Source: an uncultured Candidatus Rokubacteria bacterium (GTDB lineage: Bacteria > Methylomirabilota > Methylomirabilia > Rokubacteriales > DASRDR01). From it: DNA of 64,000 nucleotides. This document shows positions 1-7,745 of the stretch, in pieces. The notes beneath the pieces are model-generated. The model was given only the letters and a program-made list of their open reading frames with translations. It made no database searches and was not told the origin of the DNA. The position numbers and the translations under genes are program-made. The stretch is taken from the NCBI GenBank assembly GCA_963826115.1, contig CAWGVS010000005.1:1120001-1184000 (forward strand). The letters run 5' to 3'. Positions within the stretch are counted from its first letter, which is position 1. Each line of letters opens with the position of its first letter.

Positions 1-135
1 CGGGAGGCTCGCGAGGACGGTGGTGCTGGTCACGAGGCCCTCGCGGTGGGCCCGCAGGATCCCGCGGCTCACGCCCCCCGTCAGCCCGAAGTCGTCCGCG
101 TTGACGATGAGCCGGCGCGCGGCCATCTCGCCCAT
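1..135 (-). CDS. YdjC/ChbG-family carbohydrate deacetylase, 5' part only (runs off window start)
   Basis: Minus-strand translation [41 protein letters not shown] carries the LIVNADDFG...VTSTT signature; absent from the ORF track because it is truncated; alternative start at 126. Confidence 0.85.
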   Translation of the reverse strand, partial: MGEMAARRLIVNADDFGLTGGVSRGILRAHREGLVTSTTVLASLP

Positions 136-148
136 CACCGGGCCCCGC

Positions 149-460
149 CTAGTGGCCGAGCGTGCGCCGGATGTACTGGCGCACCTCCTCGGTCAGGAGC
201 GCCTGCCGCCCGCTGTCGGTCACCGCGTCCTCGAGCAGCTCGAGGTCGAGGACGAGCGGGGTCGGCGCCTTCTTCCCGCCGTCGAGCTCCACGGTGAAGA
301 CGCACTGCTCGTCCGACTCGGTGAAGACGGCCTTCGCGCGGGTGAACGAGCTGTCCTCGAGCGCAACCGTCTCCAGCGCGTGCTGCAGCACCCGGAGGAT
401 CCCCTCCTGGGCGTCGCGGGGCACGGTGCCGAAGGCGCTCATCATCCGGATGTCCGCCAT
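149..460 (-). CDS. Hypothetical protein, 103 aa ([11 protein letters not shown]...)
   Basis: C-terminal part of ORF 149..1762; GGAGG RBS before the ATG at 460; normal composition; starts 15 nt after the ggt stop. Confidence 0.75.
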   Translation of the reverse strand: MADIRMMSAFGTVPRDAQEGILRVLQHALETVALEDSSFTRAKAVFTESDEQCVFTVELDGGKKAPTPLVLDLELLEDAVTDSGRQALLTEEVRQYIRRTLGH

Positions 461-474
461 GAGGTCTCCTCCGC

Positions 475-2178
475 TCAGAATCCCATCGCCGTCGCGGGGC
501 GCAGGTGGTCGACCCCGGCGGCCAGTCCGCGGCGGGTGACCTCGATGACCTGCGGGCGCGCGAAGTAGAAGCTCGAGTACGTCTCGGTCAGGGGCACCAC
601 CTCGTGGCCGCGCCGCCGAAGCCCCGCGATGGTCGCCGCGCCCACCGCGTCGTCCACCTGGAGCGGCCCGCCTTCCGTGTGGAGCCGGGGCGCCTCGACG
701 GCCGCCTGCGGCCCCATCCCGAAGTCGATGAGGTTCGCCAGCACCTGCGGCACGGCGGACACGATCTTCCGGCCACCCGGCGCGCCGGCGGCGAGATACG
801 GGGCGCCGTCCCGGAGCGCGAGGAACGGCGTCATGTTGACCAGCGCGCGCTTGCCCGCCTCGATCGAGTTCGGCCGGCCGGGCTCCGGGTCGAACCAGAT
901 CATCCCGTTCGAGAGGAGGAGCCCGGTGTCGGGCACGACGACCTTCGAGCCGAAGAGGCTGACCGCGGTGTGCGTCAGCGACACGAGCGTCCGGTCGCGG
1001 TCGACCGCGCACACCTGCGTCGTGCAGTCCCCGCTCGGCCCCGGCGCTGCCGCGCGGGCCGGCCGCCCGCGCCCGCGCTCCCAGCGCCACGGGTCGATGC
1101 GGCGCCGCGCGTGGCGGCTGCCATCGGGGCGGATCCCGGCCGCGACCGCGCGTGCGTAGTCCTTCCCCGCGAGCGCCCTCCACGGCGCCTTGATCCGCGT
1201 CGGGTCCCCGAGCCAGCGTAGCCGGTCCTCGAACGCGACGCGCAGCGCCTCGGCGCGAAGGTGGGCCGTCCGCTCCCCGCTCGGCCCGCCGCCGGCTTCG
1301 AAGCACTCCAGCACGTTCAGCATCTCGAGCGCCGTCAGCCCACCCGCCGCGCCCGGCATGCCGAGGAGCGTCACCCCGCGGTACTCGCCGGCGAGGGGCT
1401 CGACGACGCGCACGCGATAGCGTCCGAGATCGGCGCGGTCCAGAATGCCCCCGCCGCGCCGGATCTCCGCCTCGATCGCCTCCGCGAGCTCGCCGCGGTA
1501 GAAGACGCTCGGACCCTCCTTGCCGATCAGCGCGAGGCTCCGCGCGAGCGCCGGATAGCGCACGACGTCCCCGCCCTCGAGGTGCGGCGGCCGCGGAGCC
1601 CATCGACCGCCACGGAGATACGTCCGCGCGGCCTCGGGGAAGCGGGCGAGCTCCTCCACGTAGGTCGCCGTGACGCCCGCCAGATACCAGTCCATCGGCA
1701 CGCCCCGCCGGGCAAGCCGGACCGCGGGCGCCACCGCGTCGCGAAGGTCGAGCGTTCCCCATCGCTCCAGCGCCAGCGCGAGCCCGGCGACCGACCCCGG
1801 CACCGCGACGGCGAGGTGACCGTGCACGTTCGCGTCACCCTCGACGGCACGCCACGGGAACAGGTCGCCGGCCCGGCCCGCCCCGAGGCGGTACATCCGC
1901 GCGTGGGCGCGGCGGGGCGCCTCGACGTTGAAGTCGAGCGCGATCGACGCCCCGGTCCGCGCGCGGTGGATCAGCATGGAGCCGCCACCCGCGAGGCACG
2001 ACATGAACGGCTCGACCACCGCCATGGCGAACGCCGTGGCGACGGCGGCGTCGACGGCGTTCCCGCCGCGTCGCAGGATCTCGGCGCCGACCCGGGCGCC
2101 CAGGGGGTGGCCCGCGGTGACGCAGGCGCGCGGCACCTCGAGCTGGCTCTTCGTGACGGCGAGACGGGAGGCCTTCAC
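475..2178 (-). CDS. ggt: Gamma-glutamyltransferase family protein
   Basis: GGNAVDAAVA, VPGSVAG, catalytic Thr in DCTTQVCAVD, NGMIWFDP, GAPGGRKI, EAPRLH motifs; no signal peptide. Confidence 0.93.
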   Translation of the reverse strand: MKASRLAVTKSQLEVPRACVTAGHPLGARVGAEILRRGGNAVDAAVATAFAMAVVEPFMSCLAGGGSMLIHRARTGASIALDFNVEAPRRAHARMYRLGAGRAGDLFPWRAVEGDANVHGHLAVAVPGSVAGLALALERWGTLDLRDAVAPAVRLARRGVPMDWYLAGVTATYVEELARFPEAARTYLRGGRWAPRPPHLEGGDVVRYPALARSLALIGKEGPSVFYRGELAEAIEAEIRRGGGILDRADLGRYRVRVVEPLAGEYRGVTLLGMPGAAGGLTALEMLNVLECFEAGGGPSGERTAHLRAEALRVAFEDRLRWLGDPTRIKAPWRALAGKDYARAVAAGIRPDGSRHARRRIDPWRWERGRGRPARAAAPGPSGDCTTQVCAVDRDRTLVSLTHTAVSLFGSKVVVPDTGLLLSNGMIWFDPEPGRPNSIEAGKRALVNMTPFLALRDGAPYLAAGAPGGRKIVSAVPQVLANLIDFGMGPQAAVEAPRLHTEGGPLQVDDAVGAATIAGLRRRGHEVVPLTETYSSFYFARPQVIEVTRRGLAAGVDHLRPATAMGF

Positions 2179-2251
2179 GGCGCGCTCATTCTCCCACGGG
2201 GTCCGCGCGGCTGCCAGCGCGGGAGGCCTCGCCGGCGGGGGACGAGCGGAA

Positions 2252-2803
2252 TCAGAAGCGGACCTGCGGCACCGCGCGGTCGGCCGGGTCCTCGATCTCG
2301 AAGAACTCGCGCCGCGTGAAGCCGAAGGCGCCCGCCAGGAGGTTCGTGGGGACGCTCTCGATGCGCGTGTTGAGGTCGCGCACGGCGGCGTTGTAACCCT
2401 GACGCGCCCCGGCGATCATCCCCTCCGTGTCGGCGAGGGACTGCTGGAGCGAGAGGAAGCTCTGGTTCGCCTTGAGGTCCGGGTAGCTCTCCGCCACGGC
2501 GTAGAGCCCGCGGAGCGCCTGGGTGAGTAGACCCTCGGACTGCGCGACCTGCCCCGGGGTGCCGGCGCGCATCGCCTGGCTCCGGAGCTCGGTCACCTTC
2601 TCGAGGACGCCCTTCTCGTGGGTGGCGTACCCCTTCACCGTCTCCACCAGGTTCGGGATGAGGTCGTGGCGGCGCTTGAGTTGCGTCGAGATGCCCGACC
2701 AGGCCTCGTCGACGCGGACGCGAGCCCGCACGAGGCCGTTGTAGAGGGCCACGCCCGTGAGGGCCAGGACGACGACGATCCCCAGCACCACCAGTCCGAT
2801 CAT
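2252..2803 (-). CDS. lemA: LemA family protein
   Basis: N-terminal TM helix then YNGLV...QLKRRHDLIPNLVETVKGYATHEK, ESYPDLKAN, YNAAV; RBS GGGAG before ATG at 2803. Confidence 0.95.
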   Translation of the reverse strand: MIGLVVLGIVVVLALTGVALYNGLVRARVRVDEAWSGISTQLKRRHDLIPNLVETVKGYATHEKGVLEKVTELRSQAMRAGTPGQVAQSEGLLTQALRGLYAVAESYPDLKANQSFLSLQQSLADTEGMIAGARQGYNAAVRDLNTRIESVPTNLLAGAFGFTRREFFEIEDPADRAVPQVRF

Positions 2804-2920
2804 CCCGATCTCCCTTCGCGCGCAGCTCGCTCGGCCCGATGGTAGCCGAACCCCGCGAGCCCCGGAAGCGGGGGATTCTGCTACCATACCCGCAAGCGCC
2901 CCGGGCACCCGGGTATTCCC

Positions 2921-4294
2921 ATGCGTCAACGAGTGCTGATCGTCGAGGACGATGCCCCGGCCCGACGGGGCATGGCCGACCTGCTGTCCCTCTGGGGTTA
3001 CGAGGTCGCGACGGCGGGCGACGGCGCCGAAGCGCTCGAGCGAGCGGCCGAGGAGCCGCCCGCGGTCGTGGTGAGCGACCTCGTGATGCCGGGCATGGAT
3101 GGCCTCGCGCTCCTGACTGCCCTCCGCGTCGACCATCCCGACGTCCCCGTCGTCATGCTCACGGGCCAGGGCTCGATCGAGACCGCCGTCCAGGCGATGA
3201 AGGAAGGCGCCTACGACTACCTCACGAAGCCGCTCGATCCCGCCCGCCTCCAGATGCTCCTCGAGCGAGCGCTCGACCGGGCGGAGAGCGCGCGCGAGGT
3301 CCGTCGGCTCACCGGTGAGCTGCGCCGGCGGGGCGCCTTCGGTCGTCTGGTCGCCGGCGCGCCCGCGATGCAGAACGTGACCCGACAGATCGAGCAGGTC
3401 GCGCCGACCGACGCGACGGTGCTCGTGCTCGGGGAGAGCGGCACCGGCAAGGAGCTCGTGGCCCGCACCATCCACGATCATTCCGCGCGCCGGCGGGGAC
3501 CGTTCGTCGCGGTCAACTGCGCCGCGATCCCCGAAACCCTGCTGGAGAGCGAGATCTTCGGCCACGAGAAGGGGTCGTTCACGGGCGCCACCCAGCGCCG
3601 CCCCGGGTGCTTCGAGCTGGCCGACGGAGGGACGCTCTTCCTCGACGAGATCGCCGAGATGAGTCCCGCGACGCAGGTGAAGTTTCTCCGGGTCCTGCAG
3701 GACGGGCGGTTCCGCCGGGTGGGCGGCCAGGCCGAGATCGGCGTCGACGTCCGCGTCATCGCGGCCACCAACAAGAACCCGATGAAGGCGCTCCAGGACG
3801 GGGCGCTCCGCGAGGACCTCTACTACCGCATCGCCGTCTTCACGCTGACGCTCCCCCCGCTCCGCGAGCGCCCCGAGGACGTCGGCGAGCTGGTCCGCGT
3901 GCTCCTGGAGGAGCTCGACGAGCGCCACCAGCGGAACGTGCGGGGCATCGACGAGCCGGCGCTCGCCGTCCTCCGCCGCTACGCCTGGCCGGGGAACGTT
4001 CGCGAGCTGCGCAACGTCCTCGAGCGCGCCGTGATCGTGTGCCCCGGCGAGCTGATCGGCGTCGCCCATCTGCCATCGCCCCCGGCTGCCGCGGCGCCTC
4101 CCGCCGAGCCGGGCGCGGACCCGGGCAGCGACGACGTGCGCCTCCACGTCGGCACGACGGTGGACGAGGCCGAGCGGCGTCTCATCCTCCGCACGCTCTC
4201 GTACACCGGCAACAACAAGACCCGCGCCGCCGAGATCCTCGGCATCAGCCTCAAGACCCTCCACAACAAGCTGAACCGCTACAATCGGCCGTGA
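2921..4294 (+). CDS. Sigma54-dependent response regulator (REC-AAA+-Fis HTH, NtrC/AtoC family)
   Basis: VEDD receiver, GESGTGKE Walker A, GSFTGA loop, [14 protein letters not shown]-terminal [20 protein letters not shown]. Confidence 0.96.
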   Translation: MRQRVLIVEDDAPARRGMADLLSLWGYEVATAGDGAEALERAAEEPPAVVVSDLVMPGMDGLALLTALRVDHPDVPVVMLTGQGSIETAVQAMKEGAYDYLTKPLDPARLQMLLERALDRAESAREVRRLTGELRRRGAFGRLVAGAPAMQNVTRQIEQVAPTDATVLVLGESGTGKELVARTIHDHSARRRGPFVAVNCAAIPETLLESEIFGHEKGSFTGATQRRPGCFELADGGTLFLDEIAEMSPATQVKFLRVLQDGRFRRVGGQAEIGVDVRVIAATNKNPMKALQDGALREDLYYRIAVFTLTLPPLRERPEDVGELVRVLLEELDERHQRNVRGIDEPALAVLRRYAWPGNVRELRNVLERAVIVCPGELIGVAHLPSPPAAAAPPAEPGADPGSDDVRLHVGTTVDEAERRLILRTLSYTGNNKTRAAEILGISLKTLHNKLNRYNRP

Positions 4295-4331
4295 GACCCG
4301 CCGGCGGCGCGGTGCGGAGCCTCCACCCCCG

Positions 4332-6134
4332 ATGGCTCTGAACGCCCGCACGCGCGAGCTGCTCGGCCTCACGCTCGTGGTGCTCCTGGTGGTCGCGGTC
4401 GCCACCGCCGGACACCTCGCCACGCTCGCGCGCCTGACCCTCGGGAGCGCGGCCGACGAGGGACGTCTCCTCTCCCGCCAGCTTCTCCACCAGGCCTCCC
4501 ACGTCCTCCAGGCCGCGGGCGCCACCGGTCCGGTCGCCTTCCGCGATGACCCGAGCCTCCGGGCCCTCCTCGACGGGCTGGTGGGCTATTCCCGGGTCGT
4601 CGTCTACGGTGCGATCGTCGACGCGAGCGGCACCACGCTCCTCCACAGCGACCCGACGCTCCAGGGCCGGACGCTGCCCGACCGGCCGCTCCTCGACGAC
4701 GTGCTCGGGGCCGGCCTACCGCAGATCGCGCGCCTGCTCCTCGGTCCCCCCCAGATCTACGAGGTGCGGCTCCCGGTCAGCGTCGGAAACCGGCCGTTCG
4801 GCACCATCCAGGTCGGCGTGTCCACGAGCCTCCTGCGACAGACGCTCCGGGACGCCCTCCTTCGCAGCGTCGCGTTCGGCGCCGGCGCGCTCGTCCTGGC
4901 CATCGTGCTGGGCCTCGGCACCGGGCGCGTCCTGCTCGGATACCTCCGGCGCATCGCGCGCCGCGTCGAGCGCCTGGCTCGCGGCGACGCCACGGTGGAT
5001 CTCGCTCCCGGCGACGACATGGGGCGACTCGCCGAGCGCATGCGGGGTCTCGGCGAGCGCATCCAGGCGAGCGCGGGCCCCGCGGGCCAACCCGGCCAGG
5101 ACGGCGCGGAACGTCTCCAGAATGCGGTGGTCCTCCTCGGGTCCGACGGCGTCGTCCTCTTCGGCAACGCGGCGGCCGAGCGGCTCCTCGGTCGCGTGCC
5201 GGCCGGGCGGCCGCTCGCCGAGGCCCTGCCCGCGTCGCATCCCCTCGCGAGCCTGGCCGGGAGCGTCCTCGACGGCTCCCAGCCGCCGCGACACGAAACG
5301 ATGATCCTTCCCGGCGGCAGCGGCGAGCCGCGGGAGTGGGCCGTCTCGGGGTATCCTCTCCGCGATGACCCCAACGTTCGCGGCGCGCTCCTGGTCCTCC
5401 GCGACCTCGAGCCGGCGCGCGCGGTCGAGTCGCTACTGAGCTACTCGCAAAAGCTGGCGGCGCTCGGCCGCCTCACGTCCGGCGTGACCCACGAGGTCAA
5501 GAATCCGCTGAACGCGATGCGCATCCATCTCGAGCTCCTGCGCGCGCGGCTCGCGCACACCGGCTCGCCCACGCCGCCGGAGATCGCCGAGAACATCGAC
5601 GTGATCGCGCACGAGATCCAGCGCCTGGATCGCGTGGTGCAGGGCTTTCTGCGGTTCGTCCGCCCGCAGGACCTGCGCCTCGCCCCGGTCGACATCAACG
5701 CGGTCCTGACCGACGTCGCGCGCGTTGCCCGCCCCGAGGCCGCGCGGGCCGGCGTGGAGATCGTCCTCGAGCCCGGGCGTGGCCTCCCCCGCGTCACGGC
5801 GGACTCGGGCCTCATCGCCCAGGCGAGCGCGAACCTGGTGAGCAACGCCGTCCAGGCGATGCCCGGTGGTGGCACGCTGGTCGTCGCCGCCCGGCGCGCG
5901 GCGCTCGGCGGGGTCGAGATCCGCGTCGCCGACGCGGGAGTCGGCATTCCCCCGGAGAACCTCGACAAGATCTTCCGCCTCTACTTCACGACGAAGGCCG
6001 GCGGCTCGGGCATCGGGCTCGCCATGGTGTACCGCATCGTCCAGATGCACGATGGACGGGTGGACGTGGAGTCGACGGTGGGCAAGGGCACCACCGTCAC
6101 GCTCACGCTGCCCGCGGCCCCGGACGCCCGGTGA
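4332..6134 (+). CDS. Membrane sensor histidine kinase (2 TM, HAMP-like, PAS-like, HisKA, HATPase)
   Basis: Two hydrophobic segments; H-box THEVKNPL; N-box NLVSNAVQA; DAGVGI; FTTK; GSGIGL. Confidence 0.95.
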   Translation: MALNARTRELLGLTLVVLLVVAVATAGHLATLARLTLGSAADEGRLLSRQLLHQASHVLQAAGATGPVAFRDDPSLRALLDGLVGYSRVVVYGAIVDASGTTLLHSDPTLQGRTLPDRPLLDDVLGAGLPQIARLLLGPPQIYEVRLPVSVGNRPFGTIQVGVSTSLLRQTLRDALLRSVAFGAGALVLAIVLGLGTGRVLLGYLRRIARRVERLARGDATVDLAPGDDMGRLAERMRGLGERIQASAGPAGQPGQDGAERLQNAVVLLGSDGVVLFGNAAAERLLGRVPAGRPLAEALPASHPLASLAGSVLDGSQPPRHETMILPGGSGEPREWAVSGYPLRDDPNVRGALLVLRDLEPARAVESLLSYSQKLAALGRLTSGVTHEVKNPLNAMRIHLELLRARLAHTGSPTPPEIAENIDVIAHEIQRLDRVVQGFLRFVRPQDLRLAPVDINAVLTDVARVARPEAARAGVEIVLEPGRGLPRVTADSGLIAQASANLVSNAVQAMPGGGTLVVAARRAALGGVEIRVADAGVGIPPENLDKIFRLYFTTKAGGSGIGLAMVYRIVQMHDGRVDVESTVGKGTTVTLTLPAAPDAR

Positions 6135-6718
6135 CGAGTCTCGCGCTGGCCGCGGTCCTGCTCGTCCTCTCCGGCTGCGCGGCGTTCCGCCCGAACCTTC
6201 CGCCGTGGGCCCGGCCCGTGCCCGGGCCGCCCAGCCCGGCGCCCGTACCCGTGCAGGAGGAGCCGGCGCCCGTCGTGGCCACGCCGGCGCCACCGCCTGC
6301 GGCGCCCCCGGCACCGGTCCCCGCAACCTCGCCGCCGCCCGCCTCCCCGCCGATCGCAACGCCCGCGCCGGCGCCCGCCGCCCGGCCCGCCCCGCCCCAC
6401 GTTGCGGCGCCCGCACCGGCAACGCCCGCTCCGCCGCCCACGCCCGCGGGCCCCGGTCCTCAGCTGACCGCGAGCCTGCCTCCCGCCGAAGTCCGTCGGC
6501 TCCAGGACGAGGCCCAGAGGGGGATCGACGACGCCGAGCGGCTCCTGCGCCAGCTCGACAGCCGGGCCTTGACGCCCAAGGACCTCGAGACCCTGCGGCT
6601 CGCTCAGGGCCTCGTCGAGCAGGCCCGGCGCGCACTGGGCGGCCAGGAATACGAGCGGGCGGCGAACCTGGCGACCAAGGCCCGGACGCTCGCGGACGAC
6701 CTGACCGCACACCGCTAA
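6131..6718 (+). CDS. Proline-rich lipoprotein with C-terminal helical domain
   Basis: Lipobox LSGC; about 90-aa Pro/Ala linker; helical C-terminus; GTGA overlap with the kinase stop. Confidence 0.85.
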   Translation: MTSLALAAVLLVLSGCAAFRPNLPPWARPVPGPPSPAPVPVQEEPAPVVATPAPPPAAPPAPVPATSPPPASPPIATPAPAPAARPAPPHVAAPAPATPAPPPTPAGPGPQLTASLPPAEVRRLQDEAQRGIDDAERLLRQLDSRALTPKDLETLRLAQGLVEQARRALGGQEYERAANLATKARTLADDLTAHR

Positions 6719-6734
6719 AGCCCCGCCCCGGCAA

Positions 6735-6784
6735 GTAACTTTTTACATCGGGCCGGCGCGACCTCCGTGGTAACTCTTACATCG
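6735..6784. promoter_or_regulatory. Tandem palindromic sites, candidate enhancer for a sigma54 activator
   Basis: GTAACTTTTTACATCG (6735-6750) and GTAACTCTTACATCG (6770-6784), both GTAA-N3/4-TTAC followed by ATCG, 110-160 bp upstream of a -24/-12 box. Confidence 0.6.
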
Positions 6785-6895
6785 CGTCAGGGCTTTGTCG
6801 CGCCCGGACGGGGCGGGCAGGATCCACGCGGCAATGCTCAAGTCGCCCATAGATGGCGCTGAGAGCGTCGCGGGCAGGCCTCCACGGGAGATACC

Positions 6896-6911
6896 CGGCA
6901 CGCCCTTTGCG
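6896..6911 (+). promoter_or_regulatory. Sigma54 (-24/-12) promoter of the OmpA-family gene
   Basis: CGGCACGCCCTTTGCG, exact GG-N10-GC spacing, matches TGGCAC-N5-TTGC. Confidence 0.8.
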
Positions 6912-6974
6912 TGGGCAAAGGACGGACTGATCCGTCACATAGCGGGGACTGTCCCGCACAGAGGAGGAACTGGT

Positions 6975-7727
6975 ATGCGGATACGCTCGCTGGCCATCGT
7001 GGTGGCCTCCCTATCCCTCGTGACCGTGGGCTGCGCCACGAAGAGTTTCGTGCGCGAGGAAGTCTCCAAGAGCGAGGCGAAGGTCGGCGCGGACGTCGGT
7101 CGCGTCGACACCGCGCTCAACGAGGAGAAGGCGCGCACGACCGCGATGAATGAGGAGCTCGGCCAGACCAAGGTCGCGGTCGAGCAGGCCGACAAGAACG
7201 CGACCGAGGCGACGAACCTCGCCAAGACCGCCCAGGGCCGCGCCGACGAGGGTGTGACCAAGGCCACGGCGGCCCAGACCCGCGCGGACGAGGCCCACGC
7301 CGCCGCCGGTCAGGCCATGGCCAAGGCGGACGAGACGAACACGCGCCTCACGCGCCTCTGGGCGAACCGCAACAAGCGCGTGCCCGGCGACACCGTCGCC
7401 ATCCTCTTCCGGTTCGACAAGGCGGAGCTCGACGACCGCGGCCAGACCGCGCTCCTCGACGTCGCCAAGCAGCTCCAGGACAACCCGACCCTCGTGGTGG
7501 AGCTCGAGGGCTTCACGGACAGCGTGGGCGCCTCGCCCTACAACATCCAGCTGAGCCAGCGCCGGTCCGAGGCTGTGCGCCGCTTCCTCGTGGAGAAGGG
7601 CATCGAGCTGCACCGGATCCACTCGATCGGCCTCGGCGACATCCGGCCGACCGCGGACAACACCTCGCCGAAGGGTCGAGAGCAGAACCGCCGCGTGATG
7701 GTGAAGTTCTTCGCGCCGGCCGAGTAG
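6975..7727 (+). CDS. OmpA-family lipoprotein with alanine-zipper coiled coil
   Basis: RBS GAGGAGG; lipobox VTVGC; Ala-rich heptads; OmpA-C motifs FRFDKAEL, EGFTDSVG, YNIQLSQRR, NRRV. Confidence 0.93.
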   Translation: MRIRSLAIVVASLSLVTVGCATKSFVREEVSKSEAKVGADVGRVDTALNEEKARTTAMNEELGQTKVAVEQADKNATEATNLAKTAQGRADEGVTKATAAQTRADEAHAAAGQAMAKADETNTRLTRLWANRNKRVPGDTVAILFRFDKAELDDRGQTALLDVAKQLQDNPTLVVELEGFTDSVGASPYNIQLSQRRSEAVRRFLVEKGIELHRIHSIGLGDIRPTADNTSPKGREQNRRVMVKFFAPAE

Positions 7728-7745
7728 CGCCGGCTCGAGTCCGCG

